NCBI GenBank assembly: GCA_002633005.1
Contig: NMRA01000002.1
Coordinates: 951,278-1,015,277, forward strand
Direction: 5' to 3'
Origin: Phoronis australis
Taxonomy: Eukaryota > Animalia > Phoronida
DNA: 64,000 nt
In this document: positions 25,352-37,199 of the stretch, piece after piece
Numbering within the stretch: position 1 is the first letter of the stretch
Layout: every line of letters begins with the position of its first letter
Position numbers and translations under genes: made by a program
Notes under the pieces: model-generated
The model's database searches: none
Told to the model about the DNA's origin: nothing
The model's input: only the letters and a program-made list of their open reading frames with translations

Positions 25352-27445
25352 AGGAGAATGCCACCCGATTTAATTAGTCTTTTTTGCCGTCTTAATCGGT
25401 CTATATCCACATCGCCTCGCATACGGTCGACCTTACCTTGCCAAGAGGTGTCGCATTAACCTGTGAGGAAGGTGAGAAACAACACTAGCGACGTCAGTGG
25501 TTCATATGCAGAGTGACTGCCGCTATGTTGCGATGCATCGTTCCAGCTTGTCCGAACTAAGCAGCTGCGAGGAAAGCGGGTATATCGTGTTTTTACTTGC
25601 TCGAGAGTCCGAAATGCTTAGGAAGTGGCTCATGGTAGTGAAGAATGAAATGTACGCTGTAAATAGCAAGTACGAGGCCGTGAAACATCTCCGTGTCGTG
25701 GCCTGCAGACGTCGACAGTGCCCGACGAATGCCGGTTTAACAGCCAAATAACTCCATACGTTCCGTTGTCTGAGCTTGTTCACGGGGCCTCTCTAGTATT
25801 TCTTCATCACTGTATTCCTGTCCGAATTGATAGCCTGTAAAACTTAACGATCCACCTGCGAAGTCGGGACTGATGAGCTCCAGCTCGTCCTAAGTCGGCC
25901 GTGCGAGTTGCCCATGCCATGTTGGCTTTTATAGTCCCATTTAGACATCAACTTTTGGCCCGGCGCAACTGACACGGAGCAAATTGACCCGTGTCAAGCG
26001 GCCGTTTACACACACAACTCACTAACCGTGGCAAGACGGAAATCAAAGGCTGGAGATACTGTATCGCACATGCGCAGGTTTACAAACGACAGTTACAGAG
26101 ACAAAGAAACCGTATGTAGGTCATTGCACAAGCGCAGTAGAGATGATCCTTTCCGCTTTACTCCAGTTTCGCGTTTAGACTTATAATTGACACGGCGCAA
26201 GATGTTCGGGCGCAAATTACTCTACCTCACAAACGGGTGGAAAAAATTGCCACAGCGGTGTCAGTTTGCGCCGTGTCAGTCCGTTCACACATTGGAACAA
26301 CTTGTTCCGTGTCTGCTGATCCGTGTCAACTTTTTAAGTGTAAACGGCACTTATTACTGAGCGTTCTGTTTTAAAATGAATTATTCTCACCCTAACCAAT
26401 ACTTATCTAAAATTGAAACTAAGTCTGTCTCATTAGATGCAATTTGTAATGCCCGGCTTTGGAGTGTTCGTGAGTGCACGAAATGATTTGAGAAGCCAGC
26501 AATGAATAAATCACTGCTTACCGGCTTTAGGTGCAATAAAACTAATTGACGGGACACCGAGGCCGTGTGAGCTCATGCTAATTTAGTGTTTGCTGGCAGA
26601 AACTGTTGTGAAACAACTAGGTGTTAGGGGAATCTTTATTTACATTTACATTACTCAAAATTGATTGTCAATGTACAACTTCTGTGCCCTGACGGTGCTG
26701 TGGCCAAAGCGGAACCTGAATTCGCGACCCCCGACGAGTAAGTAAATTTGCAGTTTCGTGGCTAATTCACGAACATAATCAGGTGCACATTACTTTGGCT
26801 CACTAGTATAGTATTTTCATGACTGGAAGTTTAGTTTCCACTGAACTTTGGCTGGTTTATGTTCGTGATGATCAGTTTCCGAGCCACTGGCCGGGATAAC
26901 GAGTCAATCCGGCCGGCCGCGACGGGCCTGATCGGGCTCCGAGCCACTGGCAAGGATAACAAGCGTTTTGTGTTTAGAAACTCAAAAAATCACAAGTCTA
27001 AACAACACAGATCTAGGTTCTCCTGTATTTATCGCACGGGAAATAATTCGAAATTATATCCGAACAGACCCCAATCTCCTGGTACAGACCTTATTGGCCT
27101 GCCGAACTTTGTAGGCTACGGTGTGTTCAAATACCAATAAATCCGTAAGAGCGAAATAAAACACTACGTTTTTATAAGAACTCGGTGTATTTTTAAGGGT
27201 TTTACATCGAAGTTTGATGATTTATGGGTGTTAAACGATGACTTCAAGCGATAAGCTGACACCAGTAACCCGTATTGTGAACTGCTGAACAGACTGCGTG
27301 TGAAACCGATGACGTCATTGGATAATTTCAACACCTCCGTCTGCCGTGAGGTGTCAGATAACGCAACCGTGCGTGTCGTTATAGAGTAGAACTACTTGAT
27401 CTAAATTGATACAAATTAGGTTGTTTTTTTGGGTGGCATGCTCCT
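25352..27445. mobile_element. ~2.1-kb non-autonomous Kolobok-like DNA transposon
   Basis: TTAA-aggagaatgccaccc ... gggtggcatgctcct-TTAA: 15-bp TIR with 1 mismatch, TTAA TSD at 25348-25351 and 27446-27449, and AG..CT termini (not the CCY termini of piggyBac). Confidence 0.8.
25933..26351. mobile_element. 419-bp PIF/Harbinger-like MITE nested in the Kolobok-like element
   Basis: Ends agtcccatttagac ... gtgtaaacggcact, with 3-bp tat on both flanks and many internal tgacacgg/ccgtgtca repeats. Confidence 0.65.
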
Positions 27446-28124
27446 TTAAAAGCTATTTTACGAGCTTTCGCGTTCCATGCCTATTTAAGTCTCCGCACGT
27501 GATCCTACTAGCTGTGCTCGCAAGACTTGGGTCTAGGGAACGAACAATGGATGTCTTATAGCCGGCTGACACGGTTGAACCGGCTCACGCCAGGTTAGTG
27601 AATCAAGTGCGGCCACTGTAATGCACGACGTTTCGCAAAAAAAGAAAAGTGCAGTGTACAGAAGATTAGGTAAATTAAATGGAACATCTTCATTTATTGT
27701 CAACCGCCCGCACTCAAACTGTTTTTGTGTATAAAAACAATAAATAGTAGACTTGACAAAAAAATAAAGCAAAAACAGGAAGCAAGTGACGCCAATCTGT
27801 GTTTTGTCCAGGGTCAGTGACAGAAATATCCGCAGGAAGAAGGCGAGGGGGATCTATCTGGGGCACCCACGTCTACTTGCAGCTATTTCTGCCACAATTG
27901 TAGGAATTTATAGTGACGAAGAAGACGTTATGTGATTAGAGGGGGTTTTCCAGTCAGCTATACAAGTGCAGGAAAATACGATAATGCGTTCCTGTGAGGA
28001 ACTTCTGGTCTGTCTTCCGGAAGGATCTTTACTGGTCCTGAATTTGGAGTCAATGAATGAGCTTCATTTCTTGAACATTCGTAAGACAGCTTGAGGCAAA
28101 TGAATTTACACCCCAGCTAAAGAT

Positions 28125-28184
28125 GCTGTGATAATGATTATGACTATGATGATGATCACGATGATGGAAAGATGATGAAGGTGG

Positions 28185-28215
<31 letters not shown>
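28125..28215. repeat. (GAT)n microsatellite running into the assembly gap
   Basis: Direct reading; source of the poly-M and poly-H spurious ORFs. Confidence 0.95.
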
Positions 28216-28557
28216 NNNNNNNNNNNNNNNNNNNNNNNNNNNNNNNNNNNNNNNNNNNNNNNNNNNNNNNNNNNNNNNNNNNNNNNNNNNNNNNNNNNNN
28301 NNNNNNNNNNNNNNNNNNNNNNNNNNNNNNNNNNNNNNNNNNNNNNNNNNNNNNNNNNNNNNNNNNNNNNNNNNNNNNNNNNNNNNNNNNNNNNNNNNNN
28401 NNNNNNNNNNNNNNNNNNNNNNNNNNNNNNNNNNNNNNNNNNNNNNNNNNNNNNNNNNNNNNNNNNNNNNNNNNNNNNNNNNNNNNNNNNNNNNNNNNNN
28501 NNNNNNNNNNNNNNNNNNNNNNNNNNNNNNNNNNNNNNNNNNNNNNNNNNNNNNNNN
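28216..28557. other. Assembly gap (342 N)
   Basis: Direct reading. Confidence 0.99.
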
Positions 28558-28798
28558 AGGAAAACAATAGGAATGCTTTGTGTCTTAGGAAAACAATAGG
28601 AATGCTTTGTGTCTTAGGAAAACAATAGGAATGCTTTGTGTCACAGGAAAACAATAGGAATGCTTTGTGTCACAGGAAAACAATAGGAATGCTTTGTGTC
28701 TTAGGAAAACAATAGGAAAGCTTTGTGTCACAGGAAAACAATAGGAATGCTTTGTGTCTTAGGAAAACAATAGGAAAGCTTTGTGTCACAGGAAAACA
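28558..28798. repeat. 29-bp minisatellite, at least 8 copies
   Basis: Unit aggaaaacaataggaa(t/a)gctttgtgtc(tt/ac), head-to-tail with no spacers, truncated by the gap. Confidence 0.95.
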
Positions 28799-29648
28799 GA
28801 AGGGAATAGTAAGCAGCACAGATTTGAATTTTCAGTTATGTCAGTTCTTTACCCATTTTCTCTGTGTACTTCGCACTCTCCGCCTGAAATATAAATCCAA
28901 GATTGTTAGCAACACAAAATGTGTCCCAAAGCATTCTACGTCATTACTGTGAACGCGTTTCATCCTAACTTAGACCATTCAAGGCAATGCCAAATTAAAA
29001 CGCAATGACAAAATGTCAGCACTTTTCACAGGTTTGAACAGCCCACTCAAGTTTGGGATGCCTCTTTTACTATTTTCAGTTCCTTTTTTGTTCCTTTTTA
29101 CGGTAGAAACCAGTCTCTGCCTTGGCAAGGAAAATTCTGTGACTAGTTTGTTAGCGGTTGCTTGCCGTTTACACGAGTCGTGTGTTTAAGTACGAAGGAA
29201 TTGCCCCTAGTACATTGCATTATTAATGTTTGTATGTTGTTATGTGGAACGGATGCACATGTATGTTTACTTCAAACAATTCCGGATAAAAAAATTTATT
29301 CAAACTGCAATAGATATCTACAAGTGGTCGAGAAGGGCTGTCGTCGTAACCTGCAAGGCATTAGTTTCATTTACGGCGAAAAATCTCCACATATGGAACG
29401 AAATTCAAAACCTCAACCTCACCAATCGATCACCTCAGTGGCTGCCATTTCATTAAGACAGGCTAGTAAGTCGCGAGCCTACTCGCGAAACAACTCGCTT
29501 TTCACTCAAGTGATTTTACGAGGTCTTGCTAGATCTTGTTTTTCATTACAAAAACTTGATCTGTGGAAAGCTCCCCCGAACCACTGGTAAGAAGCTTGGC
29601 ACGATTGTTTGATGATGTAACTAAGTTATCTTATTCTATATTTCTCAG

Positions 29649-29764
29649 GATTCAAAGAATTACTTACGAGAAAGAAACCTAGAGGAGGAACTTCACTCAC
29701 TCTCCGTAGAGAGTCGTCTCACAGCAACTCTTATCAGAGCAATACGATGATGTCAAAGGTGTAA
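29649..29764 (+). CDS. Probable terminal coding exon of the GPCR (helix 8 and cytoplasmic tail)
   Basis: Acceptor ttctatatttctcAG, phase 1. Reads (G/R)FKELLTRKKPRGGTSLTLRRESSHSNSYQSNTMMSKV*, an amphipathic F-x-x-L-L helix-8-like start followed by a Ser/Thr-rich tail. Assignment is inferred because the intervening TM6-7 exon(s) are missing. Confidence 0.65.
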
Positions 29765-30004
29765 ATTGGCAACCCTTTTGTCGCCATGTTGCAAGATAAA
29801 AAAGACGTGTCTCATCCGAGTCACATCAAGTGATATTAAAGATGGCTTTCCCAGCCGGGATTCCAGCCATCTACCATTCAAAGAATCCAGTAATCACATT
29901 CAATTTACACGTAGGCAGTCGCTCGTGTTCTTTGGGCAGTTTCGATCCCCAGGTGCCAGTTGTGAAGTAAATTGTCAATAGACTTGACAAACATTGATTA
30001 AAAT

Positions 30005-30330
30005 AACAGCTATTTTTCGAGAGCACCTTGTCTCATCATCAGGCGTATACTAAATGAACATGCTGCAAACGAAGTAAGCAGTGGCAGCATTTAGATACAT
30101 GTAAGCGTACAAATGACAGATGTGAATACAACCCCAGTAGTGGAAGATTGCGACCAGTGCTCAGATTTACCGTTGTTCATGAATTCAGGTTTCCTGTGAA
30201 TGAATGTTTTTGTCCGTTGTCGAGCACACTGTCACGTGTGACATGCGGTAGGCTCTCTATCCCCGTATTTGCAAAGTGGGTCTGGTCAAGATCATTTTTT
30301 ACATCAGCATGGACGGAAAATCACTTGAAT
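30005..30330 (-). mobile_element. Possible Penelope-like remnant with a degenerate minimal hammerhead motif at 30005-30043
   Basis: Minus strand reads gcCTGATGA-T-GAGA-caaggtgc-TCTC-GAAAAATAGCTG, with the same flanks as the motif at 6975-7010. The extent to 30330 rests only on weak decayed coding-like sequence. Confidence 0.4.
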
Positions 30331-31930
30331 GGAAGGAATAGTAGATAATACCACTATTTGCTCTATAGAAAATGACCCCTTAGGTTGGAGATTTTGTAGC
30401 CTACGTTTACCAGTTACGAATTGAACCTGTGCTGAATAATCGGCTCACAAGAGTGCTGCACGCTAGCTATGATCCGCTCGTGGCTTGTTGGCTTCCCACC
30501 GTGTGTTGTATTCAGTCACACCCAGCAAAAACGACTTCCCTCTGTGAAACGTTTTAACCTGTAAAAAGTCAGATATTTTAACTTTTAATGAGAAGTGGAG
30601 ACAGTTTGGTTATTAGTTAGGGAATGAGGTACTATATGACTGTGTGCTTGAGAGTGCGTGTGAATGACATTCACCTAATACACAGTATGGCGGGAATGGA
30701 ATTTCACTTAGGACATCGGTCCTTGGCTGCAAAAAGTGAGTCGTCACTGCGCAGACCCTTGATAGTAACAAATGCACACATGCAAATATGGATGGAAATA
30801 TTGTGTGCTTTCATACACAGGAAATACAAGCACGCGCCACATTTAGAAGTAGACACGTGCACAATGCACTGAATGGCACTGCAATGCACATGAATATGTA
30901 TAATAATTATAGTCAAAGGTTTCGACTGAAATGAAAACATTACCAGTGATCGGAAATCCATTGAGAACTTAAAGTCCAATTTCCCGCTGAGTTTTTGATG
31001 ATTAAATACTCTTTACACGGTTTTAATTGCATTTGGTGCATGAAATTCAAAGATATCAGTTCTCATTCATCTCGTTATTGCGTCGGTCTGTAAACATTGT
31101 ATCCGAGCTCCGTACAGTATACACTCAAAAGAAGTCCCAACGCAACGAATTATTACCGTGAAAAGTCAAATATTCAACTATAAAGAAACAGCAAGCTGGG
31201 CAAACCACAAACCCTACACAGCTTGCATTCTCAATCTCGATAGCAAATTTAAAACGTAATGCAATTTAACTGCGGATAAACTCTAGCGATTCTCTTAAGT
31301 TGCCTGACTGAGAAAACGAAAAACCCGCACCACTAGGTGGCTGGCTTCATTCTTAAAGAGACATTTCAGTGAGCATTTATTCAAAGGGACGAGAGAACAA
31401 GAACACTTCGCCCTGTGTTCTCATGCACATGACCAAAAACGTAAAAACGGAAGATTAGACGCGACATTGTTCGGCATTCGTAATCTCATCATTGGTTCAG
31501 CCAAACGTATTATCTATGGCAAATTCAGCTGAGTCTGTCATTCACGTAGTCGCCATTTTAAAAATGAGACATAAATATCTACGACGGAAGAATGCGAAAA
31601 AATACGCTTTGCACTGTGAGTAAGCACAGAATGCATTATTTTTAAGCGTAAAAGGAGGTTCTTTGTAACATGGCGACTGCGTGAATAAGGTGTTTTGGCT
31701 CGTTGCAAACATTTTGATGAAGCAGCATACAAAATACATGAACAGCAACGATGTTTGTTCGTCCGTGAAATGAAATAAAAGAAAGTGGATGGCTAACAAA
31801 CAGCAGGTGATAATACATGTACTGGTGAAAAGCGGATTGTACAGTGGTGTACACAAAGGGAAAGGTATTCCCAGATTATCTGACGCCTGCATGAAGCCGT
31901 GTTTGGATTCAAATGGATCGCTACACTCGG

Positions 31931-32090
31931 GTCGGCGTTTTATTCTTCACAGGTTATACAAAAACGTTGTTTTTTGAACTTGCACCAGTGTATGCGAGCT
32001 TGCCGAAGTCTGATTAGAACACTTGTGTTGTAATCAGTCCGTTCAACGCTATTCTTGAGCAGCACATAATGAAGTTTGGAAAGGGTGCCA
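31931..32090 (+). pseudogene. Degenerate RecQ-like (SF2) helicase fragment, motifs I and Ia; probably AcademH-transposon derived
   Basis: A single frame reads VGVLFFTGYTKTLFFELAPVYASLPKSD*NTCVVISPFNAILEQHIMKFG, compared with the RecQ pattern LPTGxGKSLxFQLxP...VVxSPLxALMxDQ. Confidence 0.65.
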
Positions 32091-32306
32091 GTCTTTTCCC
32101 TGATGGAAAAGTTCAAGACTCTATTGTTGTTGTTTCCATCAGGTGACTAACTCGGACATGAGCAGTAAAATTCACATTAGAAAGTATTGATGTCATGCTG
32201 CTGAATTTGCATCGCCTCTCTCATCACACGAGGACGCTGCGAAACGTACATGTAAGTTCGTCATAGGCTGCACGCTTTAAATACTGTGGATAGAAGTGCC
32301 GTGAAT

Positions 32307-33356
32307 CATAGGCGGATTTAGGGGGGGGCCGGGCCCCCTGCCCCCTGCCCCCCCCCCCCCCCTTGGCTGCCGCAAAAAATTAAACAGTAAGAGCGTAGGG
32401 AAATGTTGAGTTTATTAATTAACCCCGGTAATTAAAATTATACAAATGAAAAAAGACTTAAATGTGTGCAGTTTTAGTGTTGGGGGGATGGGGGGGGGGG
32501 GCTCAAATCCAATTCCAAGTGTCAAATTCGGAACACAGTGCATTCGTAACGGAACTATGGCTAAGTATAGGCTCTCCCGCGATATCCCAGGCGACCGGCA
32601 GTGGCGCTGCGCACTACGACTCCGTTTCCGTCGTCTGCTCCACTGTGCAGTGAAGAAAATTTACTTCATTTTTTAAAGAAAATGGAACCTGAGTGACGAC
32701 GAAAAAACAGAAGCTGCTGGTAAGATGTGAATTTTAATCGAAGCCTTGGTGAATCCTTCAGAAACTCGAAATACTCTCTTTGTCAAACTTTATCTTAAGA
32801 CGATTTCCAAAGCAATCCCCGGCGTCATTATTGCCACTACGAAAAACGGATTTGATCTTTTGGGCATTTGAAGACTATTTCAAATACGACAAATTTGTTA
32901 AGAATTGATGGCACAAAATATAAAACGTGTAATAAGCATTACAAAAAGAAGTAGGTTTCGCGCGCAAACGCTGTGGACCATAAACAACTAAGTAGCTCTT
33001 TTAGTAAGCGATTAGTAGTTAGATCGTGGTTGTGTAGTAGTAGCGCACGCGCGCTCTATCCGCCAGGTCGTGAGGTCGAGTCTTTGGTACTTTTCAGTTT
33101 TTCCCGTTTGACACATTCTTTGTGTTTTTTTTTTGCATTTTTTTTCTTGGATAATACTTCAGGAATCAAGGAAAATGCTTGATTTTTAGAGGTAAAAACA
33201 GAAAAATTTCCTGGGCGTGAGGGGGGCAAACCCCCCTCCCGACCTCCCCCCATTCGGTGCTATGCGCAGGTACAATCGTGGGTCAGTTTACGCAAATGCT
33301 TACAGCCGGACAAAATGTTGGCCCCCCCCCCTTGTGATATCCTAGATCCGCCACTG
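32307..33356. mobile_element. GC-rich non-autonomous DNA element(s) with cataggcggat...atccgccactg ends and poly-G/C tracts
   Basis: Left cataggcggatttagggg and right ctagatccgccactg; no clean TSD found, so this may be two fragments. Confidence 0.5.
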
Positions 33357-35464
33357 TGAATAGACAACATTTTATGAGAAAAAAAACCACTAGCAACTGA
33401 ACTTTGAAAGTTTAGATAATTGGCCGATAAGTCAGACCGCTGGCCTAAGTCACGGTGCATGTATACTGTTTTCGCAGTGATGACATCTTCTAGCAAGAGA
33501 AATCTCTCGCTAAGACTGCGCGCTCTTGGGCTCAATCTGTGGGAAGGCAGTTACATTTTGCGCCGTCTTTTGTGAGCAATGAGCATTTACTTCGTAAGCC
33601 AAGTCCAGCGCGCGAATTATCTCACTGGTATTCAGTCATAGTTATCTCCCCATGTAACCACAAGCGGTTTCTTGAAACGAAAGAAACATGACATCATGGG
33701 GGCATCAAAAGGATTGCCAAGGGGAAATTTGTGCTTTTGATAACTGAACCTAATTTCTGTTGCTTCTCGTCCTCGGAAATTCTCGATTTGAACTATATGT
33801 TAATGAACTCACAAAATTCCGATTTCCACATAGCCCGGGCGATAATGGAAATAATGAATACAGACACAGGTGTACTTTGAGTAATAGATTAATCGTGTGA
33901 ACTGTGTGTTCGGAAAAATATTTACAATGTATGTGTATGTCTGTTGTCCTTAAATGTCCAAGATTAATGGTATTTGATTGTATCTTATGCGTACTTCACG
34001 AGGGATGTTTTCACGTCGTTGTAGCCAAATCACTCGGTAATCTGGAAATATGTGATCTTACTGGCTCTTTATCGATGCAAGAAAGAGGCGACTGCAGAAG
34101 GTTTGTTCAGGTTATTTAAAATTATGTGATTATTTGTGACATTCATTGTGCACGATTTTAATTCTCCGTACTTATGCTAAACAATGAAAATTCGACAACA
34201 TTTCTAAAACATCACATTCGAAAGTGCCGATGACTGTTGATATTAATCATTGCAAAATTTACCTTTTATTTCTAATCATTAGAAGAAACTCGATAACTTG
34301 CTCGAACGCTTAAGTTGAAATTAAGTTTAAAACGTCCTCGGTATGCGGAATGCAAAAAAAATCTGCAAAAAGTTTATAGTTTAGTATTTGACTAATCCGT
34401 TGCACCAACTGATGCTAGCAAAAGTCGAGATTTGATTGGTCAGTTTTCGAGTCAAATCATCAGCAAATTGTCTTGTAGTCTCAAACAGATAAATTGGTGG
34501 CATGAGACGCACTGGGATATTCCTCGTAAAACAGAGAAGTCTTCATTGAGCGGAGTTCTCGTACATTTGAGCGTGCAATTATCGGTTTAACGGTAACAGC
34601 TTGAGAATTCCTATTCTGTGCGTCTTGTATGACTATCATAAACACATTTCGATGTAGTTTTATACGTTTTGCTTTTCTGACAACGCTTGTTGTGCAAGAG
34701 ACGATAGCCACTTCGCCGAAAATTGTGAAAAGAAGGTCACTTAAGATCACCGAAGTTTATTCCATACTTGGCTCGTGTTGGGTGAAATGTCGTGGTACGC
34801 CGCGTTTCGTCAATTTGAGTCCTGTCCCGAGTAAAATTCGGTGGTCACGAACCTGTTTTGAAAATAGAATGCTTCATGTTGTCATAGGTGTTGTAGATCC
34901 CGTGTGCGCCTTGCAACCAGCAGGCCACAACTGACCAGGCGTTCATTGATCTTGTTGTTTACAGAAAGGTGCAAACCGGTCAAAACTTCACAAGTAACTC
35001 TTAATTAAGTCCTCTTTAGGAGTCATGTCATGGGGGACATATTATCATTGTCTTACGTGTGATAACTGGATAATGGATCTGTTCATATACTTTTTATTGG
35101 ATGTTGACTTTGTGTTCTGACACGTTGTTTCAAACTGTGCTAAATATACGTTATTTTAAGTATCATGTCTTTAGTTAATTACCCGAAGTCCTGTAATTTT
35201 AATGTGATGACGCAAAGGCAATTGAAGTCAAGTTTTTTGGAATTCAACCACCTGAAAATGATCGTTTGAAAATGGTCACTTTTATTTTGACGTCTACTAC
35301 ATCTTTTACCATTGTAAGTGCATTGCACAATGCAAGGGAGAATCGCATACTACTATACTTATGTAAAATCCCGACTAGGAATGGTGTACTAAGGAACTGA
35401 ATGTTGTGAAACGGTTTGCAATACATGAAAACAAAAGACGTTCTAGTATTTGTGTTCGTTGTAG

Positions 35465-35470
35465 TTTATT
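35465..35470 (-). other. Candidate polyadenylation signal (AATAAA) of NDNF, implying a ~1.7-kb 3'UTR
   Basis: tttatt on + at 35465-35470 at the edge of an AT-rich UTR-like tract. Other hexamers exist nearby, so this is tentative. Confidence 0.3.
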
Positions 35471-36985
35471 TTAACTCTTTTGTTTGTTTAAGTACAAGAA
35501 CAAAATCTTCATAGTCGAAAGGAAACGTACAAATACTTATCAACTTGAACTGTAACCCTCATCTCAAAAATGTGAGTCTGATATGCGATCAATGTATTCA
35601 GTCCTCGTGATCTGTATAATATTGTTGTCAATACACTTTCACATTATCTGTCATTTTTAAGAGTTTCTACAGAAGAGATGTATTAAATGCTTAAAAATGA
35701 TTCCAGCACCCAATTCTAGACAGAGTTTGCAAGCAGCAGAAGTCAAGAAAAAATCATGGATCTCATTGTCCCAGGCCACAATTACTTTTCCATGAAATCT
35801 AGTTTGCGTGCGTTACAACTTCGTGAGAGCGATAGGTAAGCTCCCAAACCACTAACTTAACAATTTGAGGCAAACTTTCGATCACACAAATATTCTGAAA
35901 GCGCAAGGCCATTCCAGCAAGTGCACGTTCTTGTTACTTAGTTTCTTTATGAAGCGTACACATTGATGTCGCTTCTATCGACATCTCCATTTCTCTTTGG
36001 AAATCCACAACGACCACCAAAATTCTATACACAGTTTCAAACAAAATTGTTCTCTTACTTTGACTACTGTCTTAATAAATTATTGCAATAATAATAATAA
36101 TACTGTACATCTCTGCTACACATACATAGCTTGGGTTTGTTATCAACTTAATTTTGACAATGGTTCGCTAAAATTATAAACATGAACAAAACAATGATGC
36201 ACATCCTCTATAAGACCCCTCTGAAAAATAACACTGGGTTGCCTTGCCGATGCAATGTTTTTTACTAATTTGTTACAAACAAACAGCTATGTACAGGAAG
36301 GTTTATCCTACTTATAAACACATCAGTGCTGGCAATGGGTTGCTCTTGCAACGAACTCTCTTATCTATGCGTTGTACTGTGCAGGATTTCCATTGTCCAA
36401 ATTTATCAAAATACCCTTACTCAGAGCATGAAGTCGTTCAGAATAAGCTCAATCGATTACACATGATTAATGTGAACGTCTTTTCACACGTGTGTATAAA
36501 CAGAATTACGGAAAACTCAATAATTCCCCAAAAGAGATGGCGCCGAGGCAAGAGGACTCCACTTGCCCAATGGAGCCTACGTCTGAGTAGTTGTAGAATT
36601 AGCCTAATAAAAGATATTAACACAACTAGGCAGTAATAGACGGCGAACAGGGGGACGGGGGACATAAAATTAAAACAGGACTTTCTGATCGGTGCCATCA
36701 CCCGACGTAATGCCGCGGAGGTGAGACTTACCTACATGTGCCGTAAACCTATTATTCATTTCAAAGCAGAATCGTGTTTGAAACGTCCTTGTGCCAATTA
36801 TTCACAGTTTTTACATAATTACGCTGCTATATATCAGCACGTTGATATAATTCAAGTAAGAATTATTAGTCTTCATAAACACCATATGCTGGTCACATCA
36901 ATTGACTTACAGCTAATACTGAAAACAACTCTGTCCCGACCATGGCTCGAACTGCAAATCGTGGGTAAGACGACCCCTATTAAGT

Positions 36986-37103
36986 CTGACTGGATTTCTG
37001 AAATCACCCGGAGTCGGGATAGCCCAATGGACTATAGCGTCTGCACCATTAGTCGAAGGGTCCGATTTCGAGCCCTGCTGAAGCCTGGGCTGATTTCAGA
37101 CTG
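36986..37103. mobile_element. Small inverted-repeat element in the putative NDNF 3'UTR
   Basis: tctgaaatcacccgg ... cctgggctgatttcaga imperfect inverted repeat. Confidence 0.4.
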
Positions 37104-37199
37104 AACTGTAGGTCGCGTGACGTGACCATCATAAGGCGTGTAAGAAGACTAGTGATTCTTACTTCTCAGCTTTTTTCATCGATGGACTGTTCGGTTCTT

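Noticed and set aside
28106-28654. Poly-His and poly-Met ORFs
   Set aside because: Artefacts of the (GAT)n microsatellite and the N gap.
28558-28798. 29-bp repeats as a CRISPR array
   Set aside because: Units are head-to-tail with no unique spacers, there are no cas genes, and the context is a eukaryotic intron.
29226-29456. ORF ending WLPFH as the missing GPCR TM6
   Set aside because: It is preceded by polar sequence rather than a TM helix and is immediately followed by a stop.
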